Shown piece after piece: positions 19,003 to 29,481 of a DNA stretch of 64,000 bases (its first letter is position 1; each line of letters starts with the position of its first letter). The stretch comes from an uncultured Candidatus Binatia bacterium (GTDB lineage: Bacteria; Desulfobacterota; Binatia; UBA9968; JAJDTQ01). Location of the stretch: contig OZ251459.1 in NCBI GenBank assembly GCA_965242525.1, positions 3,680,001 to 3,744,000 on the forward strand, given 5' to 3'. Both the position numbers and the translations under genes were made by a program. The notes beneath the pieces are model-generated. The model was not told the origin of the DNA. It searched no databases and saw nothing but the letters and a program-made list of their open reading frames with translations.

Positions 19003-19974
19003 CTAACGCAGGTGGCAGGCCACCTGGCGTCCTCCCGCCTTCCCCTGCAACCGCGGCTCTTCCTCGCCGCACACGGGTTCGGCCACCGGGCAGCGTCCCC
19101 GGAAGACGCATCCCCGGGGCCGGTCGATGAGGTTCACCATCTCGCCCTCGAGCACGCGGGGTCGAAAGGCCCGGCTCGGGTCCGGCTCCGGGATGGCCGA
19201 CACCAGCGCTTCCGTGTAGGGGTGCATGGGCTTGTGGAACAGGTCGTCCACCGGCCCCATCTCCACGATCTTGCCGCCGTACATGACCGCCACGCGCTCG
19301 CAGAAGTACTCCACCACGCTCAGGTCGTGGGCGATGAACAGGTAGGTCAACCCCCGGGTCCGTTGCAGCCTGCGGAAGAGGTTGAGGATCTGCGCGCGCA
19401 CCGACACGTCCAGGGCCGACACCGCCTCGTCGGCGATGATGACGTCCGGCTCCAGCGACATGGCCCGGGCGATGCTGACGCGCTGGCGTTGTCCGCCGCT
19501 GAACTCGTGGGGGTAGCGGTCCCGGTGCTCCGCCTGGAGCCCCACCAGCTCCAGGAGCTCCACCACCCGGTCCCGCACCTGCCCGGCGGGGACCACGCGG
19601 TGGAGCTTGAGGGGGTTGCCGAGGATGTCCCGCACCCGCATGCGGGGGTTCAGGGAGGTGTAGGGGTCCTGGAACACCATCTGGATGCGGCGGCGGAACT
19701 TGTGGAAGTCCGCCCGGGACAACCCCAGGATCTCCTGTCCGTCGAAGTGCACCTTGCCCCGGGTGGCGTCCACCAGCCGGGTGATGAGCCGGGCGGTGGT
19801 GGACTTGCCGCTGCCGCTCTCGCCCACCAGGCCGAAGGTCTCGCCTTTGCCGATGGAGAAGTTGACCCCGTCCACCGCCTTGAGCTCGGCGCCGCTGCCG
19901 CCGAACAGCGAGAAGAACGACTTCATGGAGAAGTACTTGGCCAGGTCGTCCACTCTCAGGATCTCTTCCCGCAT
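19003..19974 (-). CDS. ABC transporter ATP-binding protein (DppF/OppF type)
   Basis: GESGSGKS, FSGGQRQR, ADEAVSALD, C-terminal Cys motif VACH. Confidence 0.93.
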   Translation of the reverse strand: MREEILRVDDLAKYFSMKSFFSLFGGSGAELKAVDGVNFSIGKGETFGLVGESGSGKSTTARLITRLVDATRGKVHFDGQEILGLSRADFHKFRRRIQMVFQDPYTSLNPRMRVRDILGNPLKLHRVVPAGQVRDRVVELLELVGLQAEHRDRYPHEFSGGQRQRVSIARAMSLEPDVIIADEAVSALDVSVRAQILNLFRRLQRTRGLTYLFIAHDLSVVEYFCERVAVMYGGKIVEMGPVDDLFHKPMHPYTEALVSAIPEPDPSRAFRPRVLEGEMVNLIDRPRGCVFRGRCPVAEPVCGEEEPRLQGKAGGRQVACHLR

Positions 19975-19981
19975 ACGGTCC

Positions 19982-20950
19982 TCAAGCCGTGTGGAGATGG
20001 CACGCCACGTGACGGCCCTCCAGCGGGGCGAGCCTCGGGTCTTCCCGGGCGCACACGTCCATGGCCTGGGCGCACCGGGGACGGAAGTTGCAGCCCGCGG
20101 GCGGGTCCAGCAGGTTGCACACCACCCCCGGTATGGGGTCCAGCAGCCGGTCGCGCTCGCCCCGCCGGGGCAGCGCCCGCAGCAGGCCTTGGGTATAGGG
20201 GTGGAGCGGGTTCTCGAAGATGGACTTCCGGTCCGCCAGCTCCACGATGTGGCCCGCGTACATGACCGCGATGCGGTCGCACAGGACCGCGGCCACGCCG
20301 AGGTCGTGGGTGATGAAGATCAGAGACTTGCCCAACTGCCCCAGCAGCTCGCGCAGGAGGTCGAGGATCTGGGCCTGGATGGTCACGTCCAGGGCGGTGG
20401 TGGGCTCGTCCGCGATCAGCAGGTCCGGGTTGCACGCCAGCGCGATGGCGATCATCACGCGCTGGCGCATGCCCCCGCTGAACTCGTGGGGATAGCTTTC
20501 GAGCCGCTCCCTGGGGTTGGGGATGCCCACCTTGTGGAGCATCTCCTCGGCGCGCCGGTAGGCTTCCTTCCGGCGCAGCTTCTCGTGGATCACGTACCCT
20601 TCCGCCACCTGGTCGCCCACGGTGTACGCCGGGTTCAGCGCCACCATGGGCTCCTGGAAGATCATGGAGATGCGGCTGCCCCGGTAGGAACGCATCTCCT
20701 GCTCGGTCTTGGCCAGCAGGTCCTCGCCCTCGAACCGGATCTGTCCCCGGGTGATCCGGCCAGGCGGTTGGGGCACGAGCCGCATGAGCGACAGGGCCAG
20801 GACGCTCTTGCCCGAGCCGGTCTCTCCCACGATGCCCAGGGTCTGCCGCTCCTCCAGTTGGAACGAGACCCGGTCCACCGCGGTGAGGACGCCCTTGCGG
20901 AGGAAGAAGCGGGTCTCCAGGTCCCTCACGTCCAGAAGCGGCTCAGGCAC
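19982..20950 (-). CDS. ABC transporter ATP-binding protein (DppD/OppD type)
   Basis: [25 protein letters not shown]. Confidence 0.93.
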   Translation of the reverse strand: MPEPLLDVRDLETRFFLRKGVLTAVDRVSFQLEERQTLGIVGETGSGKSVLALSLMRLVPQPPGRITRGQIRFEGEDLLAKTEQEMRSYRGSRISMIFQEPMVALNPAYTVGDQVAEGYVIHEKLRRKEAYRRAEEMLHKVGIPNPRERLESYPHEFSGGMRQRVMIAIALACNPDLLIADEPTTALDVTIQAQILDLLRELLGQLGKSLIFITHDLGVAAVLCDRIAVMYAGHIVELADRKSIFENPLHPYTQGLLRALPRRGERDRLLDPIPGVVCNLLDPPAGCNFRPRCAQAMDVCAREDPRLAPLEGRHVACHLHTA

Positions 20951-21863
20951 TGCCGGACCTCTCTTCGCTCAGGCGCGGGTCCAGGACGTCCCGGAGGCCG
21001 TCCCCCAGGAGGTTGAGGCCCAGCACCGAGAAGCAGATGGCCAGTCCCGGAAAGATGGCCGCCCAGGGATAGAACTCCATGGTGGAGCGGGCCGCGTGCA
21101 GGATGCTCCCCCAGCTCGGGGTCGGCGGCGGCACGCCGATGCCCAGGAAGCTCAGGGACGCTTCGGCGATGATGGCGTGGGCGAAGTCGAGGGTGGCCTG
21201 CACGAGGACCGGGGCCATGCAGTTGGGCAGGATCTGGCGGAACAGCACCCGCAGGTTCGACTCGCCCTGCACCATGGCCGCTTCCACGTATTCCTTCTCC
21301 CGCTCCTTGAGCACCGAGGCCCGGACCAGGCGAGCGAAGTTCGGCGTGTAGCGAATGGCCAGGGCGATGCACACGTTGGTGAGGGACGCGCCCAGGGCGG
21401 ACATCATGGCGATGGCCAGCAACAGCCCCGGGAACGCCATCACCGCGTCCATGACCCGCATGAGGGCGTTGTCCAGGGTCCTTCCGGCAAAGCCCGCCAC
21501 CGCCCCCAGGAAGATCCCCGCGGCCAGGGCGAGGGTGACCGAGCCCACCCCCGCGATGACCGAGATGCGCGCGCCGTAAACCACGCGCGAGAAGATGTCG
21601 CGGCCGAAGGTGTCCGTGCCGAAGGGATGGTCCGGGGAGAGGGGCGCCAGCCGCGCCGTCAGGTCCACGTGGTCGGGGTCGTAGAGGGCGATCTGGGGAG
21701 CGAAGGCCGCGACCACGAAGACGAACGCCACGAAGCAGAGGCCCGCCACCGCCATGCGGTTCTCCGAGAACCGGACGAACCAGTCCCGGACCGAAGCGAA
21801 GACGCCGCCGACGCGGCCGAGCCCGGTGACGGATGCCGCTTCGGCGCTCACGCCATTGGACAT
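20943..21863 (-). CDS. ABC transporter permease (DppC/OppC type)
   Basis: HPFGTDTFGRD, EYVEAA, EASLSFLGIG, NLLGDGLRD. Confidence 0.92.
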   Translation of the reverse strand: MSNGVSAEAASVTGLGRVGGVFASVRDWFVRFSENRMAVAGLCFVAFVFVVAAFAPQIALYDPDHVDLTARLAPLSPDHPFGTDTFGRDIFSRVVYGARISVIAGVGSVTLALAAGIFLGAVAGFAGRTLDNALMRVMDAVMAFPGLLLAIAMMSALGASLTNVCIALAIRYTPNFARLVRASVLKEREKEYVEAAMVQGESNLRVLFRQILPNCMAPVLVQATLDFAHAIIAEASLSFLGIGVPPPTPSWGSILHAARSTMEFYPWAAIFPGLAICFSVLGLNLLGDGLRDVLDPRLSEERSGSA

Positions 21864-22033
21864 AGGAAAGCTCCCGCGGTCCCTGAGCCAACGTACCCGT
21901 AAGCTCCATATCGCCTTCCCGCAACCCCCGTCAAGGACAAACGCCAAGCCGGGCAGCCGAAGCCGCAAGACGGGTTCGCCAGCGCCGTCCAGGTGGCTTG
22001 CATGACCTGTCGTTGGGGACTATCGTAACCGCC

Positions 22034-22318
22034 ATGACTACGGTATCCGTTTCGGACTTGAAGGCGAACCTCTCGCGCTACCTGCGCGAGGTTCGTCGGG
22101 GCGGCGAGGTCCAGGTTCTCGATCGAGGCGCACCGGTAGCGAGACTGGTGCCTCCCGCAGGGGAAGACGATGGCGAGGGACTCCGAGGACGGCTGATCGG
22201 CGCGGGCCTTTTGCGGCCGGGCAAGGGAGGCGCCGCGGCCATCCTGGAGGAACCGCCGCTGGCGCTGCCGGTGAGCATCTCCGGCGCGTTGACCGAGGTT
22301 CGGAGCGATCGGTTGTGA
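22034..22318 (+). CDS. Phd/YefM-family antitoxin (VapB)
   Basis: MTTVSVSDLKANLSRYLREVRRGGEVQVLDRGAPVARL; GTGA overlap with the toxin gene. Confidence 0.85.
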   Translation: MTTVSVSDLKANLSRYLREVRRGGEVQVLDRGAPVARLVPPAGEDDGEGLRGRLIGAGLLRPGKGGAAAILEEPPLALPVSISGALTEVRSDRL

Positions 22319-22737
22319 GGTACCGGGATGCGTCCGCGATCGTCCCATTGGTCGTCGCCGAACCCGACAGCGAATTGGTCCGTACCTGGCTCTCGGAAGA
22401 CGACGGCATCGCCACGTGGGCATGGACGCGCACCGAGATCATCGCGGCCATAGAGCGGCGCACCCGCGAAGGGACGCTCTCACGGCAGCAGCGTCGTGAG
22501 GTCATAGAGCGGTTCGACGCCTTCGCCCGCAGTTGGGATGAAGTCACGGATGTCCTTGCCGTTCGGGCTCGGGCGACCGCGCTGTTGGCGCGGCATCCGC
22601 TGCGAGCCGCTGACGCGGGCCAGCTTGGCGCAGCCCTGCTGATCCAGGAACAACTTGCGGGAGCGCTCACGTTCGTCTGTCTGGACCGGCGGCTTTCGTC
22701 CGCGGCGGAGTTGGAAAGCCTGAGAGTGCTCCCGTAG
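22315..22737 (+). CDS. vapC: PIN-domain toxin (VapC)
   Basis: DASAIV, TEI, LRAADA, CLDRRL acidic PIN motifs. Confidence 0.85.
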   Translation: MRYRDASAIVPLVVAEPDSELVRTWLSEDDGIATWAWTRTEIIAAIERRTREGTLSRQQRREVIERFDAFARSWDEVTDVLAVRARATALLARHPLRAADAGQLGAALLIQEQLAGALTFVCLDRRLSSAAELESLRVLP

Positions 22738-22893
22738 GTCCTGACGTTGCGGCGCGACCCGCCCAACCATTCCAAGGTGGGCAAAGAACCCTGACCTGCT
22801 TCACCTTGTGCTCCCCATCCCCTGCCCCAAGACCCCGTCAACGATTTTCCGGAAGTTTGCGATTCCGGGTAACCTTGGGTAACTTCGATTGAA

Positions 22894-24066
22894 ATGGACC
22901 CGCGACGCAATCCATACGCGCCCGGCGCCGGGACGCCGCCGCCGGAACTGGCGGGACGAGACGCGCTGATCGAAGACGCGGGCGTCGCGCTGGACCGTAT
23001 CCGCAACGGCCTGGCGGCCAAGAGCATGCTGATGGTGGGCTTGCGGGGCGTCGGCAAGACCGTGCTGCTCAACCGCATCTGCCACGACGCCCGGCGCCGG
23101 GGTTTCACCACGCTTCTGATGGAAGCGCCGGAAGAGCGGTCCCTGCCGGAGTTGTTGATCCCGCCGTTGCACGCCATGCTGGTGCGCATGAACCGCAGCG
23201 ACGCGGTGCGCCGGGCGCTCAGGGCGCTGGCGGGGTTCGTCAGCGCCGTCAAGGTGGGGCAGGGCGACGTCAACGTGAGCCTGGATCTCGCCCCGGAACC
23301 CGGCCTTGCGGACAGCGGCAACCTGGACGCCGACCTCACCGCGCTGGTGGAATCCGTGGGCGAGGCGGCCCGGGACCAGGACACGGCCGCGGCGCTCTTC
23401 ATCGACGAATTGCAGTACGTCCCGGAACGCGACTTGGCGGCGTTGATCGCCGCCCTGCACCGCGCCGCCCAAAGCCGGTTGCCGGTGACCCTGGTGGGAG
23501 CGGGCCTGCCGCAGCTCGTGGCCCGCACTGCCTCGGCCAAGTCCTACGCGGAGCGCCTCTTCACCTTCCCGGAGATCGGCCCCCTGGACGCCCGGTCCGC
23601 AAGCCTCGCCATCGAGGTGCCGGCGAAGCGTCTCGGCGTCGCCTTCCGACCGGAGGCCCTGACGACGGTGTTGCAGGATACCCGATGCTACCCGTACTTC
23701 CTGCAGGAGTGGGGCAAGCACTGCTGGGACTGCGCCTCGTCGTCCCCGGTGACGCGAGCCGATGTCGAGGCTGCCGGCCGCCAAGCCGCCGCAGAACTGG
23801 ACGCCAGCTTCTTCCGCGCCCGCTTCGACCGCCTGGCCCCCTCCGAGAAACGGTACCTCCGGGCCATGGCCAAGCTCGGCGAAGGCCCGCACCGTTCGGG
23901 TGAAGTCGCCCGCGTCCTCGCCCGGTCCGTGCGCACGATGGCTCCCACCCGCGCCAAGCTCATCCACAAGGGCATGATCTACAGCCCCGCCCACGGAGAC
24001 ACCGCCTTTACCGTGCCCCTGTTCGACGCCTACCTGCGCCGGGTGGTCCCGTTCCCGGAACCGTAG
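22894..24066 (+). CDS. AAA-family ATP-binding protein with a C-terminal winged-helix-like region
   Basis: NPYAPGAGTPPPELAGR, GLRGVGKT Walker A, FIDELQ Walker B, YPYFLQEWG. Confidence 0.85.
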   Translation: MDPRRNPYAPGAGTPPPELAGRDALIEDAGVALDRIRNGLAAKSMLMVGLRGVGKTVLLNRICHDARRRGFTTLLMEAPEERSLPELLIPPLHAMLVRMNRSDAVRRALRALAGFVSAVKVGQGDVNVSLDLAPEPGLADSGNLDADLTALVESVGEAARDQDTAAALFIDELQYVPERDLAALIAALHRAAQSRLPVTLVGAGLPQLVARTASAKSYAERLFTFPEIGPLDARSASLAIEVPAKRLGVAFRPEALTTVLQDTRCYPYFLQEWGKHCWDCASSSPVTRADVEAAGRQAAAELDASFFRARFDRLAPSEKRYLRAMAKLGEGPHRSGEVARVLARSVRTMAPTRAKLIHKGMIYSPAHGDTAFTVPLFDAYLRRVVPFPEP

Positions 24067-24191
24067 CCGGCCGCCGCCGGCGGGATGCAGGAGGCTGTCG
24101 GGCGTCACGTGGCGCAGCCCTTGAACCGAGGCGTTGCCGGACGAGGCGGGCTGTTGACTATCGGGGAAGATGGGATAACATGGCGTCACCC

Positions 24192-25676
24192 ATGCCAGCC
24201 TCCAAGTCCGAGAAGATCCGCGCGCGTCTGGGCCACCCGATCATCGACTCCGATGGCCATACGGTGGAGCTGACGCCGGTGTTCCTGGATTACCTGAAGC
24301 AGGCGGGCGGCCCGGGAATGGTCGAGCGGTACGTCGAGGCCACCGCGGCCAGGGGGACCAACCGCTGGCACGACATGTCGGAGAGCGAGCGGCGCCGCCA
24401 CTGGACCCGCTGTCCGCCGTGGTGGGCCCGGCCCACGCGGACCCTGGACCGGGCCACCGCGTCGCTGCCGCGCCTGCTCCACGAGAGGATGGACGAGCTG
24501 GGTCTCGACTTCACCGTGCTCTACCCCACCGAGGGCATGGGCGGGCCGCCGGTGTTCCGGGACGAGGAACTCCGCCGGGCGTCGTGCCGGGCCCTCAACA
24601 CCTTCCACGCGGACATCTACCGGGAGTGCGCGGACCGCATGACCCCGGCCGCGGTGGTCCCCTTCGAGAACCCCCGGGAAGCCATCCACGAGATGGAGCA
24701 TGCGGTCGGGGAGTTGGGCCTCAAGGTCATCGTCTTCACCCATCAGCGCCGTCCCATCCCCCGGGCCCAGGACGGGCCGCCGGAGTTGGCCCGGTACGCC
24801 TACCGGCTGGACACCTTCGGGCTGGACAGCGAGCACGACTACGACCCGGTGTGGGCCAAGTGCGTCGAGCTCGGGGCGGTGCCCACGTCCCACGCCGGCT
24901 CCCAGGGCATCGGCGCGCGCCAGTCCATTTCCAACTACGCCTACAACCACATGGGCCACTTCGCCGCGGCCAACGACGCCATCTGCAAGTCGCTGTTCAT
25001 GGGCGGGGTGACCCGGCGTTTCCCCGGCATCCGGCTGGGCTTCCTCGAATGCGGGGTGGGCTGGGCCTGCCTGCTCTACGCGGATCTCGTGGGCCACTGG
25101 GAGAAGCGGGGACCCCAGGGGATCCAGAACCTGAACCCGGACAACCTGGACCGCGAGGAGTTGCTGCGGCTGGTGGACGAGTACGGCAGCCACCGGGTGC
25201 GGGAGCGGCTGGAGGACATCCGCAAGTTCTTCGACGGCACGGACGCCTCGGCCATCGGCAACTACCGCAGCGCCCACGAACTGAGGCGCCCGGACGTCCT
25301 GGACGACTGGGCCCGGTGCGAGATCGAGGAGGCGCGCCAGATCCGGGACCTGTTCGTGCCGCATTTCTACTTCGGGTGCGAGGCGGACGACCCCACCGTG
25401 GCCTGGGCGTTCGACACCCGGATCAACCCCTTCGGCGCCCGGCTGAACGCCATGATGAGCTCGGATCTGGGCCATTGGGACGTGGCCGACATGCGCGAGG
25501 TGGTGCCCGAGGCCTACGAGTTGCTGGAGCGGGGACTCCTCGACGAGGACGACTTCCGCGACTTCGCGTTCACCAACGCGGCCCGGTTCTACACGGAGAT
25601 GAACCCCGATTTCTTCACCGGGACCGTGTGCGAGGACGCGGTGTCCCGCGCCGTGCCCCGGCCAACGGGCGCCTGA
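24192..25676 (+). CDS. Amidohydrolase family 2 protein
   Basis: IIDSDGH, RFPGIRLGFLECGVGW, SSDLGHWD. Confidence 0.85.
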   Translation: MPASKSEKIRARLGHPIIDSDGHTVELTPVFLDYLKQAGGPGMVERYVEATAARGTNRWHDMSESERRRHWTRCPPWWARPTRTLDRATASLPRLLHERMDELGLDFTVLYPTEGMGGPPVFRDEELRRASCRALNTFHADIYRECADRMTPAAVVPFENPREAIHEMEHAVGELGLKVIVFTHQRRPIPRAQDGPPELARYAYRLDTFGLDSEHDYDPVWAKCVELGAVPTSHAGSQGIGARQSISNYAYNHMGHFAAANDAICKSLFMGGVTRRFPGIRLGFLECGVGWACLLYADLVGHWEKRGPQGIQNLNPDNLDREELLRLVDEYGSHRVRERLEDIRKFFDGTDASAIGNYRSAHELRRPDVLDDWARCEIEEARQIRDLFVPHFYFGCEADDPTVAWAFDTRINPFGARLNAMMSSDLGHWDVADMREVVPEAYELLERGLLDEDDFRDFAFTNAARFYTEMNPDFFTGTVCEDAVSRAVPRPTGA

Positions 25677-25703
25677 CCGAAGGCCGCCCAAGGGAGGACC
25701 GCC

Positions 25704-26759
25704 GTGGTTCGTATCGGCGTCATCGGCGTGGGGTTCGGCGCGAAAGTGCAGGTCCCGGCGTTCCAGTCCGAGGGTTTCGAGGTGACCGCGGTGTGCTCCC
25801 GGAGGGAGGAGCGCGCGAAAGAGGCGGCCGCGAGCCTGGGCATACCCCATGCCCATACCGATTACCGGCGGATGCTGGAGCAGCCAGACCTCGACGCGGT
25901 GAGCATCGTGACCCCTCCCCACCTCCACCACGACATGGCGGTGGCGGCGCTGGACGCGGGCAAGCACGTCCTGTGCGAGAAGCCCTTCGCCATGGACCGG
26001 ACCCAGGCCCAGTCCATGCGGGACAAGGCCCGGAGCACCGGCCTGACCGCCATGGTGGCCCACGAGTTCCGCTTCGCGCCGGCCCGGGCCTACGTGAAGG
26101 AACTGTTGGAGCAGGGGTACGTCGGCCGCTTCCGCACCGCGTCGGTGACCCTCTTCCTGCGGGGCGGGCCGCCGGGGGGCCGGCCCGGTTTCGACTGGCG
26201 CCAGCAGTATTCCTACGGCGGCGGACAACTGGGCGGGCTGGGGTCCCACTACATCGACTGCCTGCGGGACTGGTTCGGGGAGATCCGGAGCGTCAGCGGA
26301 CGGGTCTTCACCCCGGAGGAAGCCGCCCACGGCGCCGACACCTCCGATGACGCCTTCGGGTTGCTGGCGACCTTCGCCCGCGGCGGCTGGGCCTCCCTGG
26401 CGGCCGACTTCGCCGCACCCCTGGGATCGAAGGTGCGGATGGAGGTCCACGGCGCCGAGGGCAGCCTGGGCCTCTCCCACGCGGGCGTCAACCCGCCGCC
26501 CGACGGGACCGTCTTCGGCGCCCGGCACGCCGAGGACGATGCGATGAAGGAGCTTCCGGCGCCGGAACGGTTCCGGGTGGCGCCGGACGAGCGGGACCCC
26601 CGCCTGGGCGCCTTCCGGGTGCTGGCGCAACGGTTCCGCCGGGGCATCGAGGAAGGGACTTCGCCCGCCCCGAGCTTCGAGGACGGTTACCGCTGCCAGC
26701 AGGTCATGGACGCGGTGCGCCTGGACGGCGCCGGCGGATGGATCGAGATCGAGGCATAG
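25704..26759 (+). CDS. Gfo/Idh/MocA family oxidoreductase
   Basis: GVGFGA, GKHVLCEKPF, GSHYID. Confidence 0.9.
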   Translation: MVRIGVIGVGFGAKVQVPAFQSEGFEVTAVCSRREERAKEAAASLGIPHAHTDYRRMLEQPDLDAVSIVTPPHLHHDMAVAALDAGKHVLCEKPFAMDRTQAQSMRDKARSTGLTAMVAHEFRFAPARAYVKELLEQGYVGRFRTASVTLFLRGGPPGGRPGFDWRQQYSYGGGQLGGLGSHYIDCLRDWFGEIRSVSGRVFTPEEAAHGADTSDDAFGLLATFARGGWASLAADFAAPLGSKVRMEVHGAEGSLGLSHAGVNPPPDGTVFGARHAEDDAMKELPAPERFRVAPDERDPRLGAFRVLAQRFRRGIEEGTSPAPSFEDGYRCQQVMDAVRLDGAGGWIEIEA

Positions 26760-26863
26760 GCGCCGCGGACGGACGCGCGGGTCCCGACGACGATACCTGG
26801 CGCCGCGGCCATGACCGCGGCGCGGCCCCGCGCGCGTGACTCCGCCCCCACCGGGAGTTCCCC

Positions 26864-28012
26864 ATGGCCAAGAACGGCTTCCGAGTGCTCGACAGCGACA
26901 TGCACGTGTTCGAGCCCCACGACCTGTACCTGAAGTACATGGACCCCAAGTGGGGCGACCGGATCCCCCGGGGCGAGCCGCGCAAGCGCCACGGCCAGAT
27001 CCGCTTCACCTATGCGGATGGCGCGCCGGTGCGTCCCGGCGGCGCCGGGCTCCGGTCGCCGCGGAACGCCCAGGAGCAGCGGTTCGAGAAGGCCGCGCCC
27101 CACTACCGGAACGCCCTGGCCCGGGACTACGACCCGGTGTCGCAACTCGACGCCATGGACGTGGAAGGGCTGGACGTGGCCGTGCTGTTCCGCACCTTCC
27201 CGCTCCACTGCGACGACGGCCTCGCGCCGGAGTACGCCATGGCCCTGTGCCGGGCCTGGAACGACTGGATCTTCGACTTCTGCCGGGAGGACCCCGCGCG
27301 CATGAAGTTCGCGGCGCTGGTCACGCTCCACGACGTGGACCTGGCGGTGGAGGAAGCCCGGCGGGCGGTGGCGGAGCTCGGCGCCGCGGGCCTGTGCCTG
27401 GTGCCGGAACCCGTCAACGGCAACCACATCCACGACCCTTGCTTCGACCCACTGTGGGCGCAGGCGGAAAAGACCGGGGTCCCCATCTGCTTCCATCCCG
27501 CGGGCTTCCCTAGGCAGGAGCACGCGGCGCTCCGTTTCGTCGGACACCCCAACGACGGTTTCCTGGTCAGCACCTACAGCAAGGCGCTGGAGTTGATGAT
27601 GGCCATCGGCAGCTTCTGCGGCGGCGGCGTGCTGGAGCGGTTCCCCGCGTTGCGGGCGGTGTTCCTGGAAGGCAACTGCGGCTGGCTGCCGTGGCTGCTC
27701 TACCGCATGGACGAGCGCTGGCAGGACCGCAAGGACCAGCTCGACGAGCCCCTGAGCCGGAGGCCCAGCGACTACTTCCTGCGCCAGTGCTTCGTGTCCG
27801 TGGACCCGGACGAAAGCCTCGTCACCGACGTCATCGGCCGGGTGGGAGACCGGAACCTCGTGATCTCCACCGACTACCCCCACGACGACGCCCACTGGCC
27901 CAACGCCATGGACACCTTCCTCGCCATCGACGGCGTCACCGACGCCTCGCGCAGGAAGATCCTGTGGGACAACTGCGCCCGCCTCTACGACGTGCCCGCC
28001 CCCGGCGCCTGA
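26864..28012 (+). CDS. Amidohydrolase family 2 protein
   Basis: LDSDMHV, FHP, ERFPALRAVFLEGNCGW, STDYPH. Confidence 0.88.
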   Translation: MAKNGFRVLDSDMHVFEPHDLYLKYMDPKWGDRIPRGEPRKRHGQIRFTYADGAPVRPGGAGLRSPRNAQEQRFEKAAPHYRNALARDYDPVSQLDAMDVEGLDVAVLFRTFPLHCDDGLAPEYAMALCRAWNDWIFDFCREDPARMKFAALVTLHDVDLAVEEARRAVAELGAAGLCLVPEPVNGNHIHDPCFDPLWAQAEKTGVPICFHPAGFPRQEHAALRFVGHPNDGFLVSTYSKALELMMAIGSFCGGGVLERFPALRAVFLEGNCGWLPWLLYRMDERWQDRKDQLDEPLSRRPSDYFLRQCFVSVDPDESLVTDVIGRVGDRNLVISTDYPHDDAHWPNAMDTFLAIDGVTDASRRKILWDNCARLYDVPAPGA

Positions 28013-28076
28013 CGCGGACGCAACTGCGGCAGGTGTCGGGGGCGGGAGCGCCACGCGAGGGTCTCGGGGCAGCCGC

Positions 28077-28622
28077 CTACAGGCCCTCCATCTGGCGGTC
28101 CTCCAGCTCCTGCTTGCCCTTGTCGTCGATGGAGTGGACCCCGTCTTCGGACGAGATCAGTTCCGGGTCGTAGAACAGCTTCGACACCTCCAGCCCGTCC
28201 TCGTACTCCACCATGCGGATGGCGTCCCAGGGGCAGATCTTCTTGTCGAGGCGGTCCTCGGAGTCGGTGCCCACGAGCTGGAGGTCGCTCTTCCTGGGCT
28301 CCTGTTCCTTCTCCAGGGGCTTCTTGCCGCTGTCGTAGAAACGGTTGCCGTACTCGAAGAAGACCTCTCCGGTGGTCTTGTGCTCGTGGATCTTGGTCAG
28401 GTCGTCGCTGTAGCACATCTGGCAGCCGATGCACTTCTCGTTGTCCACCCACACCCGGTAGGGCTTGAGGCCGCCCCCGGGCATTTCCTCGTACAGCAGG
28501 TTGATGCAGTCGTCCACCGGACAGTGCACCTCGCACAGGGGCGCCCCGGCGCAACTCGTGCAGTTCTCGTTCATCACGGCCAGGAGCGCCGTGCCCTTTC
28601 GCTTCTTCGCAGCTTCAGCCAT
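28077..28622 (-). CDS. 4Fe-4S dicluster ferredoxin-like protein with a long insertion
   Basis: CTSCAGAPLCEVHCP and CIGCQMC...(59 aa)...CPWDAI. Confidence 0.75.
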   Translation of the reverse strand: MAEAAKKRKGTALLAVMNENCTSCAGAPLCEVHCPVDDCINLLYEEMPGGGLKPYRVWVDNEKCIGCQMCYSDDLTKIHEHKTTGEVFFEYGNRFYDSGKKPLEKEQEPRKSDLQLVGTDSEDRLDKKICPWDAIRMVEYEDGLEVSKLFYDPELISSEDGVHSIDDKGKQELEDRQMEGL

Positions 28623-29481
28623 CGAGACTCACCCTTGCCCTTGCCTTGTACCGGAAATAGAAGAACAGGCCCAAAGCCAACAACAGGAACACCCAGTAGT
28701 AGCGAATCAGGCCGACCCTGGCCCATTCGAGCCAGTAGATGAAGTTCGGGGACCGGTGGCCGAGCCGGGCCAGGGCGTCCTGGGCCCCCGAGTAGTCCCG
28801 CAACTCCCTGCGGACCCTGGCCAAGCCGTGCAGCGCCCCTTCGTCGTCGGGGTCGATGCCGAGGGACTTCTCGAAATCGCCCCTGGCCCCCTGCCAGTCG
28901 CCTTGCTCGACCCGGGCCCAACCGCGGTTGCTCGCAGCCTGGGCGAAGTCCGGGTTGGCCTCCAGCGCCCGGGAGAAACTCTCGACGGCCTGCTCCAGGT
29001 CGCCGTTCCGCTTGACCGCCACCCCCAGGTTGTTGTGGGCTTCGGCCAGTTCGGGCCGGAGCTCCACCACCCTCCGGTACGAAGCCACCGCCGCGGCCAC
29101 GTCGCCGGTGACCTCCAGTTCGAGCCACCCCAGGAAGGTCAGCGCCTCGGCATCGTCCGGGGCCAGGGCCGCGGACTTCCTCACGTGCGCCACCGCGGCC
29201 TCCCGGTCCCCCTTCCTGAACGCGGCCAAGCCGAGCACGAGAAGGAGCTGGGACTCTTCCGGGTACTTCTCCAGCAGCTTCTCGAACTTCCCCCGGGCCT
29301 CGGCCACCCTGCCCGCGGCCAAGTCCTGCCGACCCGTCCGCCACGACTCTTCGTCCACCAGGGCCGCTTCCCCGCGGACCAACAGGCCCGCCACGAGGAC
29401 CGCGGCCAGGACGGCGGAGCACCGGAGACCTCGACGCCTACTTCCACATGCGCTCGGGTATTTCGTTCTCTCGACCTTCAT
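28615..29481 (-). CDS. Tetratricopeptide repeat protein with N-terminal signal/TM and C-terminal TM helix (start uncertain)
   Basis: AEAHNNLG, AQAASNRG TPR motifs; hydrophobic C-terminus YYWVFLLLALGLFFYF. Confidence 0.75.
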   Translation of the reverse strand: MKVERTKYPSACGSRRRGLRCSAVLAAVLVAGLLVRGEAALVDEESWRTGRQDLAAGRVAEARGKFEKLLEKYPEESQLLLVLGLAAFRKGDREAAVAHVRKSAALAPDDAEALTFLGWLELEVTGDVAAAVASYRRVVELRPELAEAHNNLGVAVKRNGDLEQAVESFSRALEANPDFAQAASNRGWARVEQGDWQGARGDFEKSLGIDPDDEGALHGLARVRRELRDYSGAQDALARLGHRSPNFIYWLEWARVGLIRYYWVFLLLALGLFFYFRYKARARVSLDG

